Source of the DNA: Ptychomitrium polyphyllum
Taxonomy: Eukaryota
Direction: 5' to 3'
Length of the DNA: 64,000 bases
Assembly: GCA_973851085.1 (NCBI GenBank)
Contig: OZ316776.1
Location: 5,208,001-5,272,000, forward strand
Made by a program: the position numbers and the translations under genes. The notes under the pieces are model-generated. The model was given only the letters and a program-made list of their open reading frames with translations, was not told where the DNA came from and ran no database searches. Position 1 is the first letter of the stretch, and each line of letters starts with the position of its first letter. Of the stretch, positions 14,576-27,479 are shown piece after piece.

Positions 14576-15121
14576 TGTTAAGGTTGATAACTATTGAGTA
14601 AGCAAAGACTTGGTAGTTCCATTTTGGAAAATCATTATCAAGGAATAGCTGTCTATACTAGTATTATGATTTGAATAATAAAAAACTTGGTAGTTTTTTA
14701 CTAGAGAATCCTTGTAAAAGAAAAACACTTTATACAAATTTATAGTTGATACTACCAAATGAAAGAGATATAGTACTTCTAAGAATCAAATTATAAAAAT
14801 AGTATAAAACTTGCTAGAATGGAAGAATATACATAAAAAACATTTACTCTAAAATGAAGTTGATGACAGAGTGGAATATGGAGTGTATAATTTGTTTCAT
14901 AGAAAAAGCAAAATATAATATACCCTCTATTCTCCTGGTTGAGGGTTTAAATACTAGATTTAAGATCCTATGATAATGGATCTATATTTGTTTGTCTGAA
15001 TTAATTGACTACTACTATCATCCGGTAGTTACCTTTGGAGGATGTCCGGTAGTATTGATAGGGAAAGATTGGTAGAGAATGTTTGGTAGTACCAGGTATA
15101 ACACCTAGTAGGCCGGTAACA
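14576..15121 (-). mobile_element. Solo LTR (family A, Ty3/gypsy) with 5-bp target-site duplication
   Basis: Starts TGTTA (14576) and ends TAACA (15121), flanked on both sides by AAGGA (14571-14575 and 15122-15126). The terminal block ggtagtaccaggtataacacctagtaggccggtaaca recurs at 22790, 26507, 31514 and inverted at 26914. Confidence 0.85.
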
Positions 15122-15924
15122 AAGGACCTATATTATTTCCAAATGTATATTCTAATTTATATATATCCTAATATATATTCTAACTCATGCACTTAAAACA
15201 AAAGGTATGGATAGTGTTTTGGACTTCTTTCCATTGCAAGAACTTTTTGGTTATATTATACCCTTTTCTTATTTCTTAAATTTAATATTTAAGCACCAAA
15301 TAGGATCTTCTTTATTATGGTGAAGAATGCTCAGTAAATCAATGTAAAAATCTCATTCTCAGAGGAGTCAAAGTTTGTAAAGCCTACCAGATATGGTGCC
15401 AAAAATGTTTTTAAATTTTTTTTAAGCTTCAAATGCTATAATCTATCTAATTGTATAGTTAAATTTGCTTTACAAAAATTTAACATGTTCTGCTAATGGT
15501 TTTGTTGAAAATCCTACATTTGGAAGTTTTTTATTTAAATTTTTTATTTACTCTCAAAGTGGCAGTTTAAGAGTGTAAATTTAGTTCAACAAATTTAAAG
15601 GTATTTTAGAAGCTGATGGACTACACAATTACAACAACAATTTTTCTTAAAGGACTACTGAGTTCAATCATTCACTAAAAAACAAAAATTAGTACATGAT
15701 GTGAATTCTTTTACATCATAACAATTTAAAGTACTTAGCTATTTGAAAATGGACCAAAATTGGTTTAGGAATTTGTTCCTCCATCTCATAAATTTGTAAT
15801 GTACCCTTTATGAACACACTTATTATTTGAAGTATTTGTAACAATTCTTTTGCTTGAAACCCCTACCTTTATTAATGGGCATTGGCACCTGTTCTAATGA
15901 TGAGCATGTTAAGTTCCATTCGCA

Positions 15925-16375
15925 GCATATCTTAGAAATTGGTTTTGGAAAGTGTCCGGCATGAATTCAGGTATACCTTTGACATTACTTTGCTAGTATG
16001 ACTCTTAGCACAGAGCGTGGATGAACCTTTACACTTTAGACACAGATGTGGATCTCAAAAAGCTTCAGATTGCGTTCCATTGACAAACATAGTTGTGTTT
16101 ATCATTTGCATTCCAGCTCTTGAAAGCAACTTCAGAGGAAAACTGTAAGTAGATACATTAATGCATGTAGTACCTTCGTAACTTAAATTGAAAATTCCAT
16201 TCATGCTCTGTATTGAATACAGTAATACTATGTTTAACCATGAATTATATCTTCCCATGATTCTCTTGTGGACGCATAACTTTGGATTGTTATTGTTATC
16301 AACTCCTATCAACACGATACTGCCCTTTATATCATGATGAGCTGCGTATTTTGACAAATGTTCTATTTATTGCAA
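15925..16375 (-). pseudogene. Degenerate receptor-like Ser/Thr kinase fragment (subdomains VIb-XI)
   Basis: ORF 16055-16357 reads HHDIKGSIVLIGVDNNNNPKL...VHKRIMGRY...TYSFPLKLLS, resembling the RLK consensus HRDIKxSNVLLDxxxxPKI / STRIMGTYGY / DVYSFGVxLLELLS. The catalytic Arg and Asn and the DFG motif are lost. Weak subdomain XI-like traces occur further downstream in other frames. Confidence 0.6.
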
Positions 16376-17437
16376 AACTGCTTTGAACAATGATCATTAT
16401 TACTTACACATACATAACAAGTATTAATTAGTCATTAAGCAAAATCTGTTAATCACCACCGACATTTCTAAACTTGTTGCTTCCTGATGCTCTTTCACAC
16501 TGGCTAATGTAGTCCCACTACGGTAAAACAGATTTTTAATACACAATATTTTTGGAGCCAATAAGGTTCTTTACTTCTATTCCATACAAATACCGACCAG
16601 AAATATAACTTTGAAGTAATCTCAGAGTCCCCACGATTAGCTAGGGTTAATTGAACTGATCATTGTCACTTACTTTTCTGCAATAAACATCCAACTTAAA
16701 TTTTATGTCCAAATATGAAAACTAAAATCCACACTACACACCCACGTCATAATATCATTCTCACGAAGGATTCTTCCAAATCCAAAACAAGGAAGTTGCC
16801 TCTCTGACTCTTTAGCTCTCATACTGGACACCAAAAAATGAATCATCACAATGATCATCCAAAGTGAAGAAACGCCAGCAATCATTCAACAGTTCAACTG
16901 AAGCGGCTTCATCCACAAAACAAATTGCAATCAATAGACTTGATCTAGAAACAAGCTCCCAATCAATCCAGGCTTATTTTCCCAATCTTTCAAAACGAAC
17001 AAAACACACCGGGTTGCAGAAAATTTACTTTGTTAATTTAATTTTTCCATAAAAGAATCCGATAGTAAAAAGAAAAAGGGAAGCAGTAACACTGCAGAAG
17101 CGCAACCTACTGAAGTTCCATTACCATCCAAGTCACAAAAGCAGAGGATAGATTTGACTGAACATCTCTCAATCACAGACTTGAAGGTGCACGGCACGGG
17201 GCATCCACTACTACATCACCTTGAAAAACCTGATATAACCCAAAATTCACTGTCGGCCATAAAATAATTTCAAACCCCTACTGGACCAACGTAAGAAAAT
17301 TGATTGCAGTTAGTGATAGGAAACTGTATGAGAACTGGCACCCGCTAGCCTCACCGAGGATCGGCTAGTCTGTGCGTTGCTTTTGTTGAGTACCGAAAGC
17401 ACGGTAAGTAGGGTGGTGATGAGTGCTACAGAATTCA

Positions 17438-17836
17438 TCAGACGCGGGTGATTTGCAGCCTGACGAGATACTCCTGGTCTTCAGATACCTCGGAGATGAC
17501 GCGATAGAAGCCGGACGGGTGCGACACCACTTTGTTGATGATGGTGGTGAGGAAGAAGTCGGGGGGCTCCTTGGCGTCCAGAAGCGGCAACCACTTAACA
17601 GAGAGCTCCTTCATCCAGTACACTCGGGGCTCTTTTTCAAGCTGCAGCGAGTAGTGGCGCCCAAGGATCACCTCCTCGCTCTTGTTCTGCAGCGGGGGGT
17701 ACTGGCCCATGAACATAGCCTTGGTGGGCATTGTAAGGGTTACCTCGGTCTTGACCTCGTTCATGCGCTTGGTCAGCCAGTTGAACAGGATGTAGCTGAC
17801 CACCTTGGCCACCGTCGTCTCGATGGGCGACTCCAT
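17438..17836 (-). CDS. Hypothetical protein, 132 aa, no recognisable family
   Basis: ATG at 17836 directly follows a splice acceptor (ttctgtgtgcatcgttcag|ATGGAG). The ORF is markedly GC-rich with mostly G/C-ending codons against AT-rich flanks and ends in TGA. Candidate 5'UTR donors lie at 18626, 18622 and 18598. Confidence 0.75.
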   Translation of the reverse strand: MESPIETTVAKVVSYILFNWLTKRMNEVKTEVTLTMPTKAMFMGQYPPLQNKSEEVILGRHYSLQLEKEPRVYWMKELSVKWLPLLDAKEPPDFFLTTIINKVVSHPSGFYRVISEVSEDQEYLVRLQITRV

Positions 17837-19162
17837 CTGAACGATGCACACAGAACTGGGATAAGACGTTTTTACGGCTCAGGTTAATGACGTTAATAAC
17901 ACAGATCCAACTTGGATAGCCGATCACAATGTGTTCTAATAACGGACACACTGAGTTTCGGAAACCTATGTACGCATCAGAGTTGCGATGTCTTGCTGAG
18001 ATGGATAATACCAACAAATTCTCTAAATGTAGTACTCGTGAATTACATTTAACCTGACTATGAACGTCCCGATTGCTGAAGTGCTCATGAGTATAACACT
18101 CAATCGCCAACGACGACAGGGTGCGCACTATCTACAGCTTTGCGAAGAAAATAGTAACCCAAATGCATGAACAATGCAGGACCCGCTACCATACACTCAA
18201 TTATACCAGCCCATATCAGCTTCACACCCCTAAATTGAACGTAAATAACCTCAACTCCAAAGTGTAGAGCACTGACGAAACTGACAGACTTTACGTATCA
18301 CTCGTTCACCTAACTCGAGAGTCTAACGAACTCGAATACTGATGTGAGAACAAACTTGCTGCGCCACCAAGTCGTGAAAGGATTCCAACCTGATCATGAA
18401 GCATTTGCTGTAGTACTTCTTAGCATGTGACTCTATCACAAACTCGAGTGCTAGCGCTCGAGCTCTGCCACTGCTGGGCAAAAAAGAAAGAAACCCAAGT
18501 GCACAAACAACGCAGTGCATGTAGGTACACTAAATAGGGTAGCTTGTTTCCATCAATACGCCAGCTAATTCATACACCGAAGTTCGAACTCAACTTACTT
18601 GCCCTCAACTCTATCGACGTACCTACCAGGCAAGCCTCGTAGTAGATTCAAATCCTGCCATTGAATCACTTTTTTTCCCGCCCACCCAGCTCAGCCGCCT
18701 GGTTAATTATTCCCAAATCCCCTCCATCACCAAATTCGTTAAATAACGCAATCGGAGGGTTAAATTATGCAGGATCTGCACACTCGAGCACTCCACGATC
18801 GAGCCATTCTCTCAGTCCCACAGTCTAGCCCTGCATACAAACATGAATATTGACGAGACAGTTGCTCTTCACAGGCGGCTGGATTATCATTGCTCGAGCC
18901 CTTGGCACCCAGTCCGGGCCCTCCATGTGGCAGCTTGGCACATTAAATTGTCTTGGCAAGGCCGGGCTTTGATTTTTACTCGGGTTTCGTGGTTGGGGCA
19001 TTTGATTGGGTGCTTTGAAGGACCGGAGGAGTGGTTTTGTTTTGGAAAAGTGGTGCCAGGCATGCAGGATGTGCGGCGCGAGGGGCCTACCAAGGTGCTA
19101 TTTTTGACGAATGGCCATGTTTGAGTGACGGAGCATGGTGGAAGTGGTGTTGGGTGCGGCTC

Positions 19163-19168
19163 CACGTG
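19163..19168. promoter_or_regulatory. G-box (CACGTG) upstream of the orphan gene
   Basis: tccacgtgtg within a GC-richer island (~18850-19270) upstream of the putative first exon. It is a single hexamer, so function is unproven. Confidence 0.3.
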
Positions 19169-21781
19169 TGATCTCTCTGGCGATGTTCTTGTTCCATTCA
19201 CTTGCAGGAGTGGTGTTTCCATTCGAATGGGATGGGAGAGATGTTGGCCTTTACAGCAGGAGAGCATTTAATCTATCAGGGTGCGCACTAACAGTAAATT
19301 AATTGATGAGGAATCATAGCATTCAGTAACTATACCAAAATATTTGATGGATTAAACCCATTGTAGCACTACATACCCGTAGGAACCTTCCAAGTCGCAG
19401 CAAATAACCCCTCCTTTCAAAAAGTGCTATCATCAAGCATGCTTGTACTCATATTTTGACCCTCAATATCTTACATATTTTTCATCAAATGAAATTATGA
19501 TTTATTTATCTTATTATATGTTTCAATTTTGTTGGAAAGAGCGAAGCTTTTTACATACTATGATTTTCTTTGATCATTGTCAATACAATGTGAAACCTCT
19601 AGGCTTGAATTTGGTAATAAAAAAACAAAGTTAAAATATTTGTTCTAACAAGATCATATCTAACTTTCATCTCTCTAAATTATTTGCACAATGAATGATT
19701 CTCAAATTGGTTGTGACATCTAATCTTCAGAAGATTACTATAGTAGAAAGATGTACAAATATTACCTTCCTATGTCACAACTTTGGAATTTATATTCCTA
19801 TTTTAATCCCTAAATACCTTGTTTTCAATTTCAAATTCAATGCTCTAAAATTAACAAAGTCTTGTCCTTTGTAGAAAATTTACAAGCTTTGGATGAACAA
19901 AATCCAACATGTCCCTTATAATTTACAAATCTTTGAAGTATCAATGACATCAATCCAAAATTAAGCTAGGATTTATGAGCTTTTAAATATTGTTGTCTTA
20001 TGCATACAAGAAATTTGAAGCAAGACAAGTAATAATTATTGTATTATCCATATTGTATTATTCTTTTTAGATTGTATTTTTAAATTTTTTTTAAATTTTA
20101 ATATCTTCTTTATTTTATGTTTTGATGCTATAGTGCTTTGTTAGTAATTAATAATATTTTTTTTTTTGTGGACCATATGCTTGGAGTTTTGATAGGAATT
20201 GTGGAGTCTATAAAGAAATATGGAGAATCATAATAAGGCCTTATTTCAAATTGTGCTACAGCTTGCCATACATTGGTTTTTTTTCTAATTTTTCTTAAAT
20301 AAGAGTCTTTCTATGAAATCATCAAAAACTTCTTTCATTGGCCTTACTTTTTGGATAATTTTATTTATATGATGAATTTTATATAGAAGCTCCAAAACAT
20401 TTCTAAATGAAAGTTAAATAATTTAACTCCAATTTTTTTGTAGAATCTACCATAAGCCTTTCATTTACAAAACTGCTTGTATTATAAGCAAATCATGAGG
20501 AACTTGAGCATAATATTTTTATAAACATATAGCAAATAAAATAAGGACTTCAACTTTAATTAAACAATTTATAAGAAAATTCATATTATGTAATAACAAC
20601 ATACTTACAAAGTTGAAAGATCAAAATTTGATGATGGCTATTTTTATAGTATTACAAGATGTAGCCTATCACTAGCCATTATTGGCTCTAAGACATATAT
20701 TTTGTGTCAAAGAAGCTTGAAGCTATATTATTGTTTCAACATTAGCGCAAATTTAATGCAAAGCCATGTAAGCCAACTAAACTTAGTGCAAACTTTAGAT
20801 AATATGTAGAACTATGCTTTGGTTAAAAGAATCCTAAGATGTGGAAGAAAAGAATAATTTTTTTTCTTCACAAATCCAATACTTTGTATTTTTGTAGAAT
20901 TTATTAGATGTGTACTTAAATTGTGCACATGTAATTTCTAATTTTGTTTTACAATTTAATTTTCAAATACTTTTGCATGTACTAAAGATGTGCCCAATTA
21001 TAAAAAGAATTTGATCCTAAATCATTTTGTTTAAAGGATAAAATAATGAATTTCAATTTTATTAGCATTGTTGCAAATATTTGATTTATTAATCTCTATT
21101 GTAAATTGGAATAATTTGGCTATTTAATGGGATTGTGTTTACAATTATTTTATTTTTAATTCTTAATTTTAATCAAGCTATTATTCATATTATCTTAAGT
21201 ATTTTTGAAAGATTGAAGGATAACACAATTCAAAAGACAAGTTCTTTAGATATTTTCTAATTCATTAAGTTTTATTATTTAATTGTTTTAAGAGCATATT
21301 TAATAATTTATAGTATATCATAAATAATTGTTGCAAACAAGAAAATATTCCATACTTATCAAAAAACTAGTAAGCCACAATGCTTTCAAATTAATTAATT
21401 TATAAATCTTACAAGATGCACAAAGTAAAGAAATTCATAAGAAAGAACAAGATATTGATGACAATTATGGATATTTTAAGGACGTTGGAAAATACATTAG
21501 CATAAAACCTATAATAATTTAGCACAAAGGTATAAATTTACGTATGCAATTCAAATGAATAAGCCTAAAATTTGTATGTGTATAAGAATAAATAAAGGAA
21601 GATAAAGAATACAAAAGAAGCTTGCTTTGACACAAATATGACTACAAGATTAAAACATTAAGGCTACATTCTTGTCATTAATAATGGCTTCAAAAGCTAT
21701 TGTGCTAAAAATTGGAATACTTCTTTTTAAAAGTTGAAAATGAACTACACTCTACAATTACATATAATATAGTTCAAAAAT

Positions 21782-21783
<2 letters not shown>

Positions 21784-21814
<31 letters not shown>
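21784..21814. repeat. (AT)n microsatellite
   Basis: About 15 uninterrupted AT units. Confidence 0.95.
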
Positions 21815-21817
<3 letters not shown>

Positions 21818-22280
21818 GATGTAATTTAGAAATAGCTTAATAATTTTTATTTTTTGTTTCAATTTTATTGCATGGAATGAAATGCGCCATCTTGATGAAT
21901 GAATCAATCAATATTAAAATAAAATCCTTACAATTAAAACTTTAGCAAAAGTAATGTGAATTCAAAAAGAAGGCATTGCTCATAAGCAATGTAAGTAAGT
22001 TTGTATCTAAGCAATACAATGTGTTTTGAAAAATGACAGTATTATTAGAAAACCTCCATTCCATACATAATATGAAGGCTAATCCTACCATTTTGGAAAT
22101 GGCAAGGAATGTGCTCCATATTTAATACTTTGGACATGAGTTTAAAATAAGAACTATGGTGAATGTGATGTATACAAGGAACATGGATTCCACAGTGCTT
22201 TTGCATCAATGGCTTGGAGGAAACTTGGATTAAAAGAAAAGTTGTGTTTTTAAAATAATAACATTTAGATACTTTGCACA

Positions 22281-25200
22281 TGTTAAGGTATCCAATTATA
22301 TGAAGGTGCTAGAGTTGATAATTATTGGATAGAAAATAGTTGATAAATGAATTTTACAAATAGACTTGAAGATTTTACTTTATACAAATTAATAGCAGAA
22401 AGATCAATAGTAATAATTAAAGAATACTTTGTGAATATAGCCTACTAGGAAAGAAACATAAAGAATTAAATTGTGTAAATTGGTAGCTATTGCAAGGAAA
22501 ATTTTGTAAAAGTAATATGAAATAAAACCAAAGATAAAAGATAATTAGATGTAACTGAGCTAATTAAGAAGAAATAATCTAGTATCATCAATCAAAAGTG
22601 GATAAAAAAAAATATACTACACCCTCAACTTTCTTGATTGAAGGTTTAAATACTATGTTTTAGATTTTATAATTTTGCATTTGCATCCACTATCTAAATT
22701 AATTGAAAAATGGAATAAAAACGATTATTTGGTAGTATTAGTAGAAAAAGTTTAGTAGTACCGGGTAGAAGACCCGGTAGGCCAATAACATAATTTTTTT
22801 GCTAAATGAAGTTTATCTTTGAAAACTTGAAGGGAAAGTATTTATTTTAACATCTCCTAAAGCATCAAGTGGTACAGTGTAGCGTGAGCAGATGTAGGTA
22901 AAGAAGTTATAGGTGAAGGAAATATGAAAGTAAGGAAGGTGGAGAGAAAATGGAATGCTGATTGAATAGAAGGAATAGAAAAATAAATATTAGAAGATAA
23001 AAGAAGTGAAAGTTGAGTAGGAATGGATGTAAACCAAAAAATGGTGGGAAGGTGTGTGGTATGGCCATCAAAGTACGCCTTATTAGAGTAGGAAAGAATA
23101 GGCAATTTAAGATAGTTTGGAATTAGATCCGTGTTTTCTCAACCCAAAAAGGGTTGTTGATAATATTGGATGATGGCAACTTAATTGGCAACGCAATGTA
23201 GGTGTTCTAAAGGAGGTGATGAATCTTGGAAAGTCATTCATGTACCTTTTGCTATTGATAGTTAGCATGTTGATGGAGGATTTCACTGGTCTAGGCCGCT
23301 TAATGGAGTTGTCTAATAGTAGTAAGTCGTGCACTTTTTTTTTATTAAAGTGTGGTATTAGGAAGGAGAAAATGCACATGGAAATCCTCTATTACTTTTG
23401 ACTAATGTCAAGATGGGTGGTGAGTTTGGTAATGATGCTTTTTAAATTGCCACCTATTACTAATTGAGGTCTTGTACGATAGTGAGGGATTGGATTCCTG
23501 CTTTGTTTGCTGGAGAAGTGGTTGGTGGTGTTGTAGTTGGTGAAGAGGTAATCTAGATGGCTTGTTAGCCAATGGCAATCTTCAATCATCAATTGGATAG
23601 GTAGTGTTAGTTGTTCTAGGCCTCCAAAAGCATGGAAAACGTATCAATCTAAAATTTGATGACACAACTAAGTGCTCAGATGTTGTGCTTGATATAAAGA
23701 AGATTGTAATCCATAGAAAGAGCTGAAGAAGTTTGGTTAATAAGTTGGGCTAGAGCGGTAGGTGCAGGAAGAGGAATTTAATTAATGGAGGTAAAAAGAA
23801 GAGTTAGGTTAGGTATTGAAGTAGAAGCGAGTTATTGTGTATAATTTAGTATGGATGGATGATTGGAGGAGAGTCAAGTATGTTATTGAGGTCAATTACT
23901 GGTACCAAAGCTTAAGGAAAAAGAAATTGGAATTGATGAGGAATAAAGGAGAAGGTGATTGGAATTGATGAAGAGTAAGAGATGGAAATAAAAGAAGTTT
24001 AGGAAGAGTGAGCGGTTCTTGTTTTTCAATTTTCCAATATGAAAATTAGCTCCTTTAGCATACCAAAGAATGTAACCAACAAGATTGAAGGTAGTATTTT
24101 GATTTCAAGCCGTAATAAATTGGGTGCAAATCCATTGTAAAATGCCATGGTGATGTTGGGCTTATAGATGGTACTTGTCTAATTTTTTGAGGTTGATGAT
24201 GCAAGCTGCTAAAATGCCGTGGTGGTCAACAGTGCAGTTATGGTAGTGCAGTCTATTGGAATTATGTATTTGGTAGGCATGAAAGGAAGCATTTTATTCA
24301 AGATTTGGAAAGAAGAGTAATTTATAGCAATTTTGTAAGCAATTTGGTAAGTGAATAGAGCGGTTGTGAAGTTAATGTTCCAATTGCTTTAGTGGTTATT
24401 GACAAATTTTTGAAATATATTAATGATGACCTTGTTGGTGGATTTAGCCTAGCTGTTACTCTATGAATGATAGAATTGTTGAAGTACACCGCTTGATAGC
24501 TTACAATGTGGAAGGAAAATCCAAAACAAGTGAAAACCAATTTATAAAGAAATCGGGCCATTTTCAATGCTGTATTTCTTAGAATTGCAATGCTTTCTGT
24601 TTGTTTAGTGGCATAATTGGTAGCTAATAGAATGTATCAATTACCATAATATTAGATATAGGATAAAAGGCCTATGAAATTAAGGCCTCATTTTATAAAA
24701 GGCTTTACCAAGGTTGAAAAAACTAACTTGTTTTTTATTTGTTTAGTAAGATTACCAATTTATTAACAAGTAGAATAGGTTTTGCAATGGAATGAGTCTT
24801 TGTATAAAACAAGCTACTAGTAGCTAGCATTCCAAATCTTATGTATGGTGATATCATTAAATAGTTGATTATTTGAACTTCCATTATATAATTCAATAAG
24901 AATTATTGATACTTTGATAGTTAAGACAGAGCAACAAAAGATAAGGTATTATCTTTGTCAAAAGAATTAATTGTCAATAAGGTGAAAAAGAATTGTTTTA
25001 TAGGCTAGACGCTTTTAGCACTTTGGAATGTAGTCCGCAAAAAATGTACCAAACCAAAGGTACTTGATAAAGTAGAAAGCTTCTTCAATACTAGAATAAA
25101 AACCGTAGTATGAGCCGGAGTGCTAGTAATGGTGGTAGGTGGATCATTAGTTGTATTTCAAAAGAAGGCAAATACAATGCCTTGGATCTTACCAAGTTTA

Positions 25201-26507
25201 TAGACCACAATAAAGTCAAATTTGAAGAAAAGCAAGAGCCAATGAGCAATTCAATTCCAAACTTGTATTTTGTTGATAAGGTATAGTAATGCCATTCGAT
25301 CCACATAGAAAACTAATTTGTTGCCTAGAAAATAATGTTCAAATTTATTGATGGCATAGACAATTGCTAAAGCTTTTTACTTGGTAATAATATATATTTT
25401 CTTGGCTTTATTAAAGAAATAAGAAGCACAAGCAATAAGCTAGTAAATGCAACCAATAGGACATTGGGCAAGCATGGCACTGATTGCAAGGTCAAACATA
25501 TTGGTATGAATGTGGAATTCAAGCTTTAGTCTATTGGAATAAAAATTGGTGGCGTCAACAACCAAATCTTGATTTCTTGATAGCCTAGTTCCAGCCAGTA
25601 GTCCATATATGGTTTAATTTTATACATGAATTAGGTGATAAGGGCCATAATTGCTACATAGTTACAAATAAAACAACAATCAAACCTAGGCAAGGCCATT
25701 AAATATCTAATTATTTAATTATCTTGGAATGTGAGTATATTTATCAACGCCTAGATTTTTCTGAGATCAAATACTTTATTGATTTTTAAGACAATGTAGC
25801 CAAGGGTGGATTTAAAGTATGTTAAAAAGAAGCATTTATTATGATTGAAAATGGTTTTGTGTTTGCAGCATTTGATGAAGCAAAAGAAGAGCTTGTTGTA
25901 ATAAATAGCCATATTGCTATAAACAATAAAATCCACGCAAAAATCCACCCAATAATGTAATTTATTCTTATTTTAAATACTACCACAATAAGAAAAAGCC
26001 AATAAGCTTTGTCTACCGGAAGAAAAAAACATGCAATTAAGTAGCAATTGTTGAGGTTGTTAACTACCAAATTAAAGAATAATAGTAGAAGAGTGCTTGG
26101 AAGAATCTAGATGTTATAATCAATGACTACCAAATAAAAGAATATTGGTAACTCAAAACTCACAAGAGTTAAAAAATTAAGAATACTTGCAACAATCTAA
26201 AGATTTACAAAGGAACTATAACTCATTAGGCTATAGAAGAAACACACTTTGATAGTCTTGAAACAAAACTTGATTAATCATATAAGATACACTACACCTT
26301 CAACCAAGAAAATTGGAGGTTTATTTATCATATTTCAGATCCTATACTTCTGGATTTACATCCATTGTTTGAATTATGAGATTAATATGTATCATCTAAT
26401 AATCATTATTGGAATGTGTTTGGTAGTACCGATAAAAAAAAATCAATAGTTATACCAATAAAAGAAGTTCAACAAAATTAGGTATAAGGTCTGGTAGGCC
26501 AATAATA
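22281..26507 (-). mobile_element. Decayed Ty3/gypsy LTR retrotransposon (family A): LTR 26112-26507, internal region, LTR 22281-22790
   Basis: Two related LTRs (TGTTA...TAACA/TAATA) in the same orientation. Frameshifted minus-strand remnants appear in gypsy order: CCHC-like knuckle (~25640-25670), RT KLVFYVDR (consensus LRFCVDYR, ~25297-25319), FFKFDF (consensus FSKLDL), VPFGL...TFQ (~25024-25063), and a GPY-like integrase tail (~23055-23075). There is no intact ORF. Confidence 0.7.
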
Positions 26508-26528
26508 TAATCCCCCCTCTAAACTAAG

Positions 26529-26913
26529 TATTATAAACAAACAAAGTAACGACAAAACAAGTCTTCATGATTTTATAATATGGAACAAGATATGTCCAAG
26601 ATATATTAAAAATAAAGAGCTATATCAAGGCACAAAAACAGGATTATAAGGTTTGAGCGAGACTAAAAGAGATGTGTTGTTGAGACTGAAAATTCCCTTT
26701 AGCATCGGCTCCTATATATACTAGGATTATAATCCTTGGAAGCATCTCGAGAAGCTTCTATTACAATACTTTGTAATCAAGCAACTTTAAGTTGTTTCTC
26801 TGAAAGCATCATAAGCTCACATAACATCCTTAAGAGCTTCCTAAGCCCAATTAATTTCCTTAGAAGCTTCCTAAACCTTCTGAGAATCTTTCTAGATGCT
26901 TCTAATATGTATA
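26529..26913 (-). mobile_element. LTR (family B, chromovirus-type), inverted copy of 29834-30202
   Basis: Its reverse complement aligns by eye with 29834-30202 (catattagaagcatc.a.aaagattct, agaagcttct, tatatatagga, tctcaacaacacatctctt, ttgttccatat). The 5' terminus is interrupted by the family A LTR starting at 26914. Confidence 0.75.
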
Positions 26914-27473
26914 TGTTATCAGGCTACCAGGTGTTATCCCTAGTACTATCTAACTTTTTCTACCAATCTTCTCCTATTAATACTATTGGACATACATGAT
27001 AATTATCCAATGATAAAAATAGTCTATCAATTTAGACAAATAGATGTAGATTTACTTTTATAAGATCTTGAATCTAATACTTAAACCCTCAAGTAAGAGA
27101 ATTGCGGATGTGTTGTATTTGCTTTTTTTTTATGAAACAAGTTATACACTCCATTCTTTGATTCATTTATTAGTTTTTAAGCATGTGTTCATATAGAGGT
27201 TTTTCCATTCTAGCAAGTTTCATAATAGTTTATAATTATTCCTTAATACTACCATGTTTCTTCCATTCGGTAGTATCAATTATAAATTTATATAGATTAT
27301 TTTTTCAAAATCTAGACTCTCTAATAAGGAACTACCAAGTCTCAAAGTATTTGGTAGTTATCAATCACAATATAAGTGTAGGTGATCTTTCTTAGATAAG
27401 GATTTCTAGTAAGAAACTATCAAATTATCAATTACATGGTAGGTACGGGCCTTAACCGTTACCAATTATAACA
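26914..27473 (+). mobile_element. LTR (family A), opposite orientation to the other copies
   Basis: Starts tgttatcaggctaccaggtgttatccctagtac, the reverse complement of the 15121 terminus. Shares cttaaaccctcaa and atgaaacaa.ttatacactccat blocks with the solo LTR and ends TAACA at 27473. Confidence 0.75.
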
Positions 27474-27479
27474 GTCTTG

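Noticed and set aside
17423..17887. 154-aa + strand ORF antisense to the orphan gene
   Set aside because: Starts at GTG and mirrors the minus-strand ORF, which has the ATG, splice acceptor and codon bias.
23060..23085. AYFDG resembling an RNase H motif
   Set aside because: The same bases align better, with a frameshift, to the integrase GPY motif also seen at ~31950.
23430..25560. Copia-like (LCGP, WLLD) and LINE-like (VIGGN) motif readings
   Set aside because: The ordered gypsy RT motifs and flanking LTRs explain the region better; the alternatives are isolated weak matches.
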